Assembly (NCBI GenBank): GCA_963718645.1 | Contig: OY970373.1 | Location: 1,702,948-1,766,947, forward strand | Reading direction: 5' to 3' | Length of the DNA stretch: 64,000 nucleotides | From: an uncultured Acidobacteriota bacterium | GTDB lineage: Bacteria; Acidobacteriota; Thermoanaerobaculia; Multivoradales; UBA5704 | Shown: positions 57,601-64,000 of the stretch, one piece after another | How positions within the stretch are numbered: position 1 is the stretch's first letter | How the letters are laid out: the number at the start of each line of letters is the position of its first letter | Made by a program: the position numbers and the translations under genes | Notes under the pieces: generated by a model | What the model was told of the DNA's origin: nothing | The model's input: the letters and a program-made list of their open reading frames with translations, nothing else | Database searches by the model: none

Positions 57601-58315
57601 CGGCATCGTGCTCGCCGAGGGGGCGGCGCACTTCGCGACGATGATGCTCCTCGATCAGATGCGCGGCCCGCTGGAGCGGCAGACCTTCGCCACGGCGATC
57701 GAGGCCGACTACGGCGAGAACCGCCAGCCGAGCGACGAGAAGCCGCTCGCCGAGACCCTCGAGCTCAATGGCCGTCAGGGCGACGTCACCGTCATCTACA
57801 ACAAGGGAGGGTGGGCGCTCTGGATGCTCTACCAGCGGATGGGGAAGGACGCCTTCCTCGCCGGCGTCCAGCAGTTCTTCCGGACCTACCACAACAACCC
57901 CGACCATCCGGTGATCGAGGACTTCATGGCCGTGCTGCGCCCCTACGCGCCGGACAAGGCGGCGTTCGACGACCTGGTCGGACAGATGTTCTTCCAGCGG
58001 GTCGCTCCGGAGTACCAGCTTGACGAGGCCCGGAAGCAGTCGCTGGGCGGGGAAGCCTGGGAAGCCACCGTGAAGGTGACGAACGCGGGCACCGGCCGCT
58101 TCCCGGTCGAGGTGGCGGCCACGCGGGGAGAGCGCTACGACGAGAAGGGAAAGACCTCGCCCGAGTATCGCGAAGCCCGCGCGACGGTGGTGCTCGGCGC
58201 CGGCGAATCGAAGGTGCTGCGCATCCGCTGCCCCTTCGAGCCCGGGCGGATCGTGGTCGATCCGGACGTGAACGTGCTCCAGCTTCAGAGGCGCGCGGCG
58301 GTGGCCCGGTTGTAA
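54668..58315 (+). CDS. Fusion protein: polytopic ABC-2-type permease-like membrane domain + M1-family (gluzincin) metallopeptidase-like domain
   Basis: The N-terminal roughly 620 aa contain many hydrophobic segments. The C-terminal half carries FTIAAHESAHQWWGH (HExxH, codons 57545-57559) with a downstream LAEG glutamate. I saw no canonical GxMEN exopeptidase motif. The alternative-frame track ORF 54124-58023 is an artefact. Confidence 0.7.
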   Translation: MERSLSSPHAQAPPRSPEGFSFRRLGLVAGLDLKESLRRPLFLIFALFMVLNGWWVSRGSWVFRSINTSLGGNKAWVDSEFQTAYVYGLISFFMISFLVAIASGMPLIRDAEHKIGDLLHSTPLRPGEYVWGKFLAALLASFAVVLVLPLSTGLLSHLLPDAGSPEIYGPFHLISYVRPTLVFLLPAVVFTAGVTFALGRWTGRPILVFLFPVIVFLTCNGFLWGVYPPRISSGLSDVLRYADPSGFRWLKESWLLVDRGIAFYNTRPMTFDTPFLLSRAGFVVLGLLFVDLSRRHFSGRLRRPARSRIAETAPAAPALPGTRPLSALAMGSRPPGLLAGTLAVARFELQELRSQPGLYIFIPFILVFLRTLYKDARDPFLNSAILWTPGVAAMQAAAYMTIALGLLFLFYTVESLEREGATGTAPVFHATPVRTGSVVAGKVLANLAVLGVALLGTLLVALLVIQGQGRVAFDLRPFLLVWGLLLTPTMIVWITFVAALHSVTRSRYTTYGLGIGAAVLTAVLLTRGIMNWVGNWVLLGATREGYAIPWSDLGPLGLDRAAVVLNRLFVLSLAALFGWIAVRFLNRRDRDRLHPLLRPAEQRRTLLTAGALALPPLVLGFTLWGQVNQGFQGAAVEKEHKDYWRKNLNTWTGQALPYVTRVEMDLDLDPDTRSFRASGFYDLKNEKLQPLYWFPVTGGTAWTGLSWTLDGRPWVPEECSHLYVFRLAKPLAPGASVRLGFRYRGTILAGISKNGGNLPLGEFLLPSGAILTGRNPDFVPKIAFDPKIGVDEKNRSEPRIYPAHFYDGITDSDLDRSAFTQWLRITSPADYIVNSTGALTAETVKDGRRTRIWESDYPVRVFNIAAGRHWAVKRGPGTAVFYYPGHPYNVDSLLEALNGARRYYAQWYMPYPWRELRLNEFPSYASYARGNATNIFFSEGAGFLAQRLPDNDVAFTIAAHESAHQWWGHIMSPGEGPGGIVLAEGAAHFATMMLLDQMRGPLERQTFATAIEADYGENRQPSDEKPLAETLELNGRQGDVTVIYNKGGWALWMLYQRMGKDAFLAGVQQFFRTYHNNPDHPVIEDFMAVLRPYAPDKAAFDDLVGQMFFQRVAPEYQLDEARKQSLGGEAWEATVKVTNAGTGRFPVEVAATRGERYDEKGKTSPEYREARATVVLGAGESKVLRIRCPFEPGRIVVDPDVNVLQLQRRAAVARL

Positions 58316-58357
58316 TCGAGCCGCCAAGCGGCCTCAATAGATCCTTTGGATCTGGTT

Positions 58358-58363
58358 TATAAT
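58358..58363 (+). promoter_or_regulatory. Candidate -10 hexamer (perfect TATAAT) upstream of the neprosin-like gene
   Basis: TATAAT lies in a locally AT-rich stretch (ctggtttataattaacc), 68 nt upstream of ATG 58431. No good -35 was found. Confidence 0.25.
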
Positions 58364-58430
58364 TAACCACAGCGCCTTGGAATGTTCGCCTTTTTCAAGC
58401 TGTTCGCACGCTGACCGGGAGATCCATAGA

Positions 58431-59759
58431 ATGAAACGGATTTCGTTCCTTCTCCTCGCCCTCTCCGGATTCGCCGGTTCCGGGGTCGCCTTCGGCCAGA
58501 CGGGAAGCCAGCCTTCCCTCGTCCCCTTCCATCAGTTCCTGCAGGAGGTGCGGATCGCCAGAGCCGAGTCCTTCGGACCGGCTCAAGGGGCGAAGGTCCA
58601 GGGCGAGACGGATTTCGGGAAGATGCGCCAGCACCTCCTCTCCCTGTACGAGGGAGTGGAGGTGGGGCACAGCTTCCTGCTCGACGGCCAGGTGTTCGAT
58701 TGCGTGCCCGTGGAGCAGCAGCCGTCGGTCCGTCAGCTAGGCCTCGCCGAGGTCGAGCTCGAGGCGCCGCCGCCGGCGCTCGCGGATAAGGATCTCCCGG
58801 GGCCGGCGGTGAAGAGGGCCGCCTCCCCTCTGACCCTCGGGCTCAGGGATGCCCTCGGCAACGCCGTGAGCTGCGCCCAGGGGACGATTCCATTTCGCCG
58901 CGTCACGTTGCAGGAGATGACCCGTTTCAGGACCCTCGAAGGGTTCTTCCACAAGCTTCCCGACGGGCTGTCCGACGACCTCGCGGCCAAGGACACGACG
59001 TACACCCACAAGTACGCCCACGCCTATCAGACGGTGAAGAATTTCGGCGGCAACTCCTGGCTGAGCCTCTGGAGCCCCAGCGTGGACGTCTCGGCCCAGG
59101 AGATTTTCTCCCTGGCCCAGCACTGGTACATCGGCGGCTCCGGCAAGAAGACCCAGACGGTGGAGGGAGGCTGGCAGGTCTATCCGCAGAAGTACGGCAC
59201 GGACAAGGCCGCCTTCTTCATCTACTGGACGGCGGACGACTACAACAAAACCGGCTGCTACAACCTGGACTGCGCCGGATTCGTCCAGACGAATCCGAGC
59301 TGGGCCCTCGGCGGAATCTGGGACCATTACAGCACCCCCGGGGGGCCGACGTACGCGTTCCAGATGCAATGGAAGCTGGTCAAGGGGCGCTGGTGGCTCT
59401 ACGGCCAAGTGGGGGACCAATACGAAGCCGTCGGCTACTACCCGGTGTCGATCTACAGGGGCGGCCGGCTGTCCAAATTCGCCGATCGGATCGACTACGG
59501 TGGCGAGACGGTCGGCGCGACCCGGTGGCCTCCGATGGGCAGCGGAGCCTACGACAGCGCCGGGTCCAGCCAGACCGCCTATCAGAGCCGGATCTTCTAC
59601 TTCAAGAACGCCACGGCGAGCGGAGCGGTCTGGTCGTCGCTCACGACCTCCCAAACGTCCCCCTCCTGCTATCGGCTGAGCTTCGTGCCGGTCTCGGTGG
59701 CGGGCACGGACATCGGGTCCTATTTCTATTTCGGCGGACCCGGAGGCGACGACTGCTGA
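58431..59759 (+). CDS. Secreted pro-neprosin homologue (neprosin activation peptide + neprosin/DUF239 glutamic peptidase domain)
   Basis: ATG 58431 gives the signal peptide MKRISFLLLALSGFAGSGVAFG. The pro-domain-like motif is LLDGQVFDCVPVEQQPS. The catalytic-domain motifs are FSLAQHWYIGG, TVEGGWQVYPQKYG (Glu codon 59163-59165), FFIYWTADDYNKTGCYNLDCAGFVQTN, GRWWLY, VGYYPVSIY and DYGGETVG (Glu codon 59505-59507). Confidence 0.75.
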   Translation: MKRISFLLLALSGFAGSGVAFGQTGSQPSLVPFHQFLQEVRIARAESFGPAQGAKVQGETDFGKMRQHLLSLYEGVEVGHSFLLDGQVFDCVPVEQQPSVRQLGLAEVELEAPPPALADKDLPGPAVKRAASPLTLGLRDALGNAVSCAQGTIPFRRVTLQEMTRFRTLEGFFHKLPDGLSDDLAAKDTTYTHKYAHAYQTVKNFGGNSWLSLWSPSVDVSAQEIFSLAQHWYIGGSGKKTQTVEGGWQVYPQKYGTDKAAFFIYWTADDYNKTGCYNLDCAGFVQTNPSWALGGIWDHYSTPGGPTYAFQMQWKLVKGRWWLYGQVGDQYEAVGYYPVSIYRGGRLSKFADRIDYGGETVGATRWPPMGSGAYDSAGSSQTAYQSRIFYFKNATASGAVWSSLTTSQTSPSCYRLSFVPVSVAGTDIGSYFYFGGPGGDDC

Positions 59760-59775
59760 AGCGGCCGGGAGCTCT

Positions 59776-60555
59776 CTACTTCACGGCCTGCTGCCAGACC
59801 AGGATCGCGGTCACCGCGAGGCCGATGACGATCACCGCCGCGCGCGCCTTCTCCTTGCCGATCCGCCGGGCGAAGCGGGCGCCGCCGTAGCCGCCGACGG
59901 TCGCGCCGGCCACGATCACCAGGGCTGCCGGCCAGACCACCGCTCCCTTGTAGATGAAGTAGCCCGCCGCGACCGTGTTGATGCACAGGTTGAAGAAGTT
60001 CTTCACCCCGTTCGCCGCGTGGATGTTCGAGAGCCCCAGGAAGCCGAGGAGGGCCAGCATCAGGATGCCGATGCCGGCGCCGAAGTAGCCGCCGTAGACG
60101 GCGACGCCGAACTGCAGGAGCGAGGCGAGCGCCCAGCGCCCCCGCGGCAGCTCGGAGGGATCGGTGATCGTCCGCGGCGGCCGGCGGCGGGCGAGCGCAC
60201 CCTGGACGATGAACAGGGTGGTGGCGAACAGGATCAGCAGGGGAGCGAGGAGGGCGAACAGCTTCTCCGGCGTGCGCAGCAGGAGGACCGAGCCGATCGT
60301 GCCGCCGATCAGGCTGGGCAGGAAGAGCGTCTTCAGCCAGGCCCGGTTCTGCCGCACCTCGTCGCGAAAGCCGAGGAGGCTGGCCACGGAAGCGGGGAGG
60401 AGGGCCACCGTCGAGGTGGCGTTGGCGGCGATGGCCGGGATGCCGAGGAAGATCAGCGAAGGGAAGGTGAGGATCGTCCCGCCCCCCGCCATCGCGTTCA
60501 TCACCCCCGCGCCGAAGGCGGCGGCGGCGAGGATCAGGACCTGGACCGGCGTCAC
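59776..60555 (-). CDS. TauE/SafE (DUF81) family anion/sulfite exporter-like membrane protein
   Basis: 259 aa and polytopic. FGAGVMNAMAGGGTILTFPSLIFLGIPAIAANATS and the repeated half YGGYFGAGIGILMLALLGFLG are typical. The GTG start at 60555 overlaps the upstream stop (GTGA). Confidence 0.8.
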   Translation of the reverse strand: MTPVQVLILAAAAFGAGVMNAMAGGGTILTFPSLIFLGIPAIAANATSTVALLPASVASLLGFRDEVRQNRAWLKTLFLPSLIGGTIGSVLLLRTPEKLFALLAPLLILFATTLFIVQGALARRRPPRTITDPSELPRGRWALASLLQFGVAVYGGYFGAGIGILMLALLGFLGLSNIHAANGVKNFFNLCINTVAAGYFIYKGAVVWPAALVIVAGATVGGYGGARFARRIGKEKARAAVIVIGLAVTAILVWQQAVK

Positions 60556-61157
60556 GGCTCGGGCGGACCGCCCTGAGCGACTTCAAGGACGCGCACGACG
60601 TTCTCGAAGCCCGGCCGCCAGTCCGCCAGCACCTGCACCTCCCAGGTGTAGAGCGGGTAGGCGGGGTAGTCGAGGAGCAGCTCCATCAGCGCTTCGTGGG
60701 ACTCGGCGTGCAGGATCGCGATGCCGCCGCGGTTGGGGAAGAGGTAGGTGGTCTCCATCGAGCCGTCGGCGAGGCGCGCGTCGATCCATTCCATGGCGGC
60801 CCGGATCAGCACGACGCAGCGCTCCGGCGACGGGGGGGTCTGGCTGGGGCGGCAGGTGACCAGGAACTTCACCGCGCGGCTCTCGCCGAGCTCCGGCGCG
60901 GCGAGCTCGCACCGGGACCTGCCGAGGGTGGCCTCCCGCAGGGGGACCGGCCGCGCTTTCGCCGCCCTCAGCCCGATCCACTGCCGCATCGAGACGACCG
61001 GCTGGACCGCCTCTTCCTCACAGAGCGAGGCGAGCAGGAGAGGATCGGTGTCGGCGAGGAACCGATCGAGCTGCGCGGCTTCCCGCGCGTGATGGAGCTC
61101 CCGCACCCTCTGGAAACGCTGGCCGGAAGCCGGGTTGCCTCGCGTCATCTTCTCCAT
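60552..61157 (-). CDS. Hypothetical protein; the C-terminal half resembles the muconolactone-isomerase-like ferredoxin fold
   Basis: ORF with ATG 61157 (alternative 61148). ..GGIAILHAESHEALMELLLDYPAYPLYTWEVQVLADW.. recalls MIase-family ..ESNDELHELLSSLPLFPYMDIEVTPL... The similarity is weak and recalled from memory. Confidence 0.4.
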   Translation of the reverse strand: MEKMTRGNPASGQRFQRVRELHHAREAAQLDRFLADTDPLLLASLCEEEAVQPVVSMRQWIGLRAAKARPVPLREATLGRSRCELAAPELGESRAVKFLVTCRPSQTPPSPERCVVLIRAAMEWIDARLADGSMETTYLFPNRGGIAILHAESHEALMELLLDYPAYPLYTWEVQVLADWRPGFENVVRVLEVAQGGPPEP

Positions 61158-61305
61158 ATCAGGTCCAGTACCTCGCCAAAAATACAGCGCTCACGAGGCT
61201 CTTACGCAAGACTGGGACCAGATGTTTTACCGGCGCTCGGCCGGGCAAGGAAAGCATCGCCAGAGGGCCCCCGGAAGGGGCTCTCTGGCGGCCGATCGGA
61301 AGGGG

Positions 61306-61659
61306 TCAGATGGCCTTGATCAGGCGCGCGGCGGCTTCGGTCCGCTCCCGGTCGCTGAAGACTTCGTCGGCCTCGCCGCTGGTCTCCCCGATCACCTGCC
61401 GCAGCGCATCGATGATCTTGTCGAGGCGCGAGCGGACAGTGGGATAGGACACTCCCGCCTGCTCGGCAATCGCTTTCAGATTGCCGCTGGCGAGCACGAA
61501 CATCTCGATGAAACGCTGGTGCTCCACGGGCAGACGGGCCAGCCGGGGAGCAGGGAAGTCCGCCTCGACGGAGACTTCGCACGAGGGGCAGGTCATGCGT
61601 GTTACTTGCATGGCCTGCTGGCAATAGGGGCAATGATTGGTAATAGGTTCGGCAGACAT
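61306..61659 (-). CDS. DUF2089-family protein (N-terminal zinc ribbon + C-terminal HTH)
   Basis: 117 aa from ATG 61659. HCPYCQQAMQVTRMTCPSCEVSVEADF is followed by FIEMFVLASGNLKAIAEQAGVSYPTVRSRLDKII. The rest of track ORF 61306-62697 is antisense to the reductase gene and is rejected. Confidence 0.75.
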   Translation of the reverse strand: MSAEPITNHCPYCQQAMQVTRMTCPSCEVSVEADFPAPRLARLPVEHQRFIEMFVLASGNLKAIAEQAGVSYPTVRSRLDKIIDALRQVIGETSGEADEVFSDRERTEAAARLIKAI

Positions 61660-61818
61660 GTTTTGGCTCTTTGAGTTTTCGACAGGAAGAGTACTGCCGT
61701 CCTCCCACGGTGTCAATCGTGTCCTTTCCGGAGGTCGAGCCGGAGGGGTGGCGAGCCCGGCGAGCGGCTTGCAAGCGCAGTCCGGGGAAGCGGGAACGGG
61801 ACTCGACGGGAGGACGAG

Positions 61819-62661
61819 ATGAAGCACCGCGCGTTCGGACCGACCGGCAAGGAGGTTTCTGTCGTCGGCCAGGGGACCTGGAACCTGGAGCGGGACGAGC
61901 GCGCCGCCGTCGCGTCCCTCCGCCAGGGGCTCGACCTCGGCATGACCCACATCGACACCGCCGAGATGTACGGCTCCGGCCGGGTGGAGGAGATCGTGGG
62001 GGAGGCGCTCGCGGACCGGCGCGCCGACACCTTCCTGGTCAGCAAGGTGCTGCCCCAGAACGCCTCCCGCCGGGGCACCGTCGAGGCCTGCGAGCGCTCG
62101 CTGCGGCGGCTGCAGACCGACCATCTCGACCTCTATCTCCTCCATTGGCCGGGCCGCCACCCGCTGGCGGACACCCTCGCCGCGTTCGAGGAGCTGCGCG
62201 GGGCCGGCAAGATCCGCGCTTGGGGGGTGAGCAACTTCGACGAGGTCGAGCTCGCCGACGCGGTCCGCATCGCCGGCGAAGGGAAGGTCGCCTGCAACCA
62301 AGTGCTCTACCACCTGGAGGAGCGGGCGATCGAGCATGCGTTGCTCCCCTTCTGCATCGAGCACGGCATCGCTGTCGTGGCCTACAGCCCGTTCGGCTCC
62401 GGCAACTTCCCGGCGCCGCGGACTCCCGGCGGCCGGGTCCTCGCCGCGATCGCCGAAACCCATGGCGCCTCCCCTCACCAAGTCGCCCTCGCCTTCCTCC
62501 TGCGCTTCCCCTCCCTGTTCGCGATCCCCAAGGCCGCCCGCGCCGAGCACGCTGCCGACAACGCCGCCGCGGCGGACCTCCTGCTCACCGCCGAGGAGCT
62601 GGCCCGCATCGACGACGCCTTCCCGCGCGGCCGGCGGCGGTCCGGCGTGCCGACGATCTGA
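61819..62661 (+). CDS. Aldo/keto reductase family oxidoreductase
   Basis: 280 aa. GQGTWNL, HIDTAEMYGSGRVEEIVGEAL, LVSKV, LDLYLLHWP, IRAWGVSNF and NQVLYHL are AKR signature blocks. Confidence 0.9.
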   Translation: MKHRAFGPTGKEVSVVGQGTWNLERDERAAVASLRQGLDLGMTHIDTAEMYGSGRVEEIVGEALADRRADTFLVSKVLPQNASRRGTVEACERSLRRLQTDHLDLYLLHWPGRHPLADTLAAFEELRGAGKIRAWGVSNFDEVELADAVRIAGEGKVACNQVLYHLEERAIEHALLPFCIEHGIAVVAYSPFGSGNFPAPRTPGGRVLAAIAETHGASPHQVALAFLLRFPSLFAIPKAARAEHAADNAAAADLLLTAEELARIDDAFPRGRRRSGVPTI

Positions 62662-62687
62662 GCGGAAGCACAAGAGAACAAGAGACT

Positions 62688-62748
62688 CCAGGGACATCAG
62701 GGACGACAGGGACTCCAGGGTGGTTTCTGCGGTCCCTGCTGTCCCTGG
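62688..62748. repeat. Imperfect hairpin built from tandem 9-nt CAGGGAC units; same heptamer family as 54516-54607
   Basis: The sequence is cCAGGGACatCAGGGACgaCAGGGACtcCAGGGtggtttctgcgGTCCCTGctGTCCCTGg. 62688-62704 pairs with 62732-62748 (16/17 by hand). It starts 27 nt after the reductase stop and has no T-tract. Confidence 0.6.
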
Positions 62749-63120
62749 CGACTGTCAGCTTTCATCGACACCTGCGTCGCCTGCCGGAGACATTTCCGCG
62801 TCGCCACACCCCCTTTCTCCTGGGAGCGGGGTCTGGCGCATCTTTTGCCATTCTCTTGCGTAGGAAGTCCAAGCGAGGGTGTTCGGTCAGCCCGAGCGTT
62901 GTCAAGAAAGGCAGCGATGTAACGAAGATGGCTGTAACGAAAGACGGCGGCCGGTCGCCCCATTCAGGTGATGCGGCTTGCGTCGGAAAGGTGAAGAGCC
63001 ATGACCAGAGACTTCATGAAGATGTTCGCCCTCTCCCTGACCTCCCTCCTGCTGCTGGTCGCGGCGGCGCTGGTGAATTCGGGAAGGCTGTGATGGACGT
63101 CATAAGCTAGGGGCGTGGAT

Positions 63121-64000
63121 ATGCAACGCAACCGGCGGCGAGGCCTCCGCTCCTCGCTGCCGGCGCTCCTCCTGGCCCTTCCCCTCCTCTCCGCGACGGC
63201 GCTCGCCGCCGGCCGCCCCTCCCTCTCCAATCCGCGGACGGTGAGCCTGGACCTCCCCGGCGCGCCCGCCGCCGTGGTCGCCGCCGACCTCGACGGCGAC
63301 GGCCGCCGCGATCTGGTCATCGTGGTCGCCTACAACCAGTGGGACGAGGTGGCGATCACCGAGAGCAGCACGATGGACGACGTCAAGGGGCTGGTCGACG
63401 TGATGACCATCGTGCCGGCGGTGATCGACCGCCGAGAGCTGCGCTTCTACCGCGCCCTCCCCGACGGCTCCTACGCCCCGCCGGTCTCCATGGCCCTGCC
63501 GCTCTCCGTGCTGTCGCTGGAGGCGGGACCGCCGGGCACGCCCGTGGTCGCCGTCACCGACGCCGGCGCCAGCGTCCTCCGACTCGATCCGCCCGGCACG
63601 CTCCGGCTGGAGCCCTGGATCGCCGATCCGCCGGTGATGGCCGGCACCGGCAACTTCCTGGGCGATCTCGGGTTGATGAAGGACGTCAACGGCGACGATC
63701 TCCCGGACCTGCTCCTCCCCGGCCGCGAGGGGATCGCCGTCTACCTCGCCCGCCCGGAGAAGGGCCTGGCGCGCAACGCCGCCTCGCGCGTGGCCGTGCC
63801 GGGGGAGGCCTTCCGCTCGGCCCGCGATCTCGAGCACCGCTATCCGCTGCCGCAGGCGGCCGACGTCACCGGCGACGGCCGGCCCGACCTGATCTTCCGC
63901 GATCCGGTCAAGCGCTGGCGCTCGGTCTGGGTGGCGCGCAACGCCGGCCAGGGCCATTTCCTGCCGGCGGTCGAAGTAGTGCTCGGCGGCGACGACCCCA
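63121..64000 (+). CDS. Secreted FG-GAP/VCBS-repeat protein, 3-prime truncated by the window edge
   Basis: My own translation from ATG 63121 gives MQRNRRRGLRSSLPALLLALPLLSATALAAG (signal peptide). Repeated DxDGDGxxDL-type motifs follow: ADLDGDGRRDLVIV, DVNGDDLPDLLLP and DVTGDGRPDLIF. The frame is open to the end of the window. The antisense track ORF 63100-63957 is rejected. Confidence 0.7.
   Translation, partial: MQRNRRRGLRSSLPALLLALPLLSATALAAGRPSLSNPRTVSLDLPGAPAAVVAADLDGDGRRDLVIVVAYNQWDEVAITESSTMDDVKGLVDVMTIVPAVIDRRELRFYRALPDGSYAPPVSMALPLSVLSLEAGPPGTPVVAVTDAGASVLRLDPPGTLRLEPWIADPPVMAGTGNFLGDLGLMKDVNGDDLPDLLLPGREGIAVYLARPEKGLARNAASRVAVPGEAFRSARDLEHRYPLPQAADVTGDGRPDLIFRDPVKRWRSVWVARNAGQGHFLPAVEVVLGGDDP

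Noticed and set aside
54124-58023. 1299-aa plus-strand ORF, and the 54683-56587 / 56729-58327 minus-strand ORFs.
   Set aside because: These are shadow frames of the 54668-58315 gene. Only that frame gives coherent TM segments and an HExxH metallopeptidase motif.
61660-62697. Remainder of the 463-aa minus-strand ORF 61306-62697.
   Set aside because: It is antisense to a textbook aldo/keto reductase on the plus strand. Only the last 117 codons (the DUF2089 protein, with its own ATG) are credible.
63100-63957. 285-aa minus-strand ORF.
   Set aside because: It is antisense to the plus-strand frame, which has a signal peptide and repeated FG-GAP/VCBS DxDGDG motifs.

Overview
High-G+C bacterial DNA; most hand-counted 60-nt lines are around 70% G+C. 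The gene content (Oar-like CarboxypepD_reg TonB receptor, ABC-2/M1-peptidase fusion, giant NRPS genes) resembles Acidobacteriota, but that is inference only. Positions 1-41433 are the 3-prime part of a very large non-ribosomal peptide / polyketide gene cluster with three parts. (i) A 5-prime-truncated hybrid NRPS-PKS of at least 6287 aa. Its domain order is (C tail)-A(Ser-like)-T-SULFOTRANSFERASE-C-A(Gly)-T-C-A(Gly)-T-KS-AT-T-C-A(Gly)-T-C-A(acidic pocket)-T. (ii) A roughly 6720-aa NRPS with domain order A(Ala)-T-C-A(Asp)-T-C-A(Val-like)-T-[C-A(unknown)-T]x3-C-TE. (iii) A translationally coupled, membrane-anchored penicillin-acylase/PvdQ-family Ntn hydrolase. The most unusual feature is a CurM/OLS-type PAPS sulfotransferase domain wedged between a carrier and a condensation domain, directly after an EntF-like serine-activating A domain. 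Other oddities are a C-less start of the second synthetase paired with a surplus T-C-TE end, a reductase-free KS-AT-T module between glycine modules, and three tandem 3.17-kb module repeats with mosaic identity. Downstream (41.4-64 kb) lie ordinary and accessory genes. These are mscL with a C-terminal zinc ribbon, a Phd/YefM antitoxin with a decayed ParE/RelE toxin next to tRNA-Leu(UAA), and a receiver / TonB receptor / YfiR / CHASE8-type kinase / receiver / hybrid kinase block. They also include a roughly 1-kb low-G+C islet with a frameshifted secreted Cys-rich ORF, an Oar-like outer-membrane protein, a thioredoxin-like protein and an ABC-2-permease/M1-metallopeptidase fusion. The remainder are a complete pro-neprosin (glutamic peptidase) homologue, TauE/SafE, a DUF2089 regulator, an aldo/keto reductase and a 3-prime-truncated FG-GAP/VCBS protein. 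Two intergenic hairpins built from tandem 9-10-nt CA(G/C)GGAC units look like a dispersed repeat family. All domain borders are approximate (about +/-60 nt). All A-domain specificity codes were derived by hand alignment to GrsA/EntF from memory and need software confirmation.
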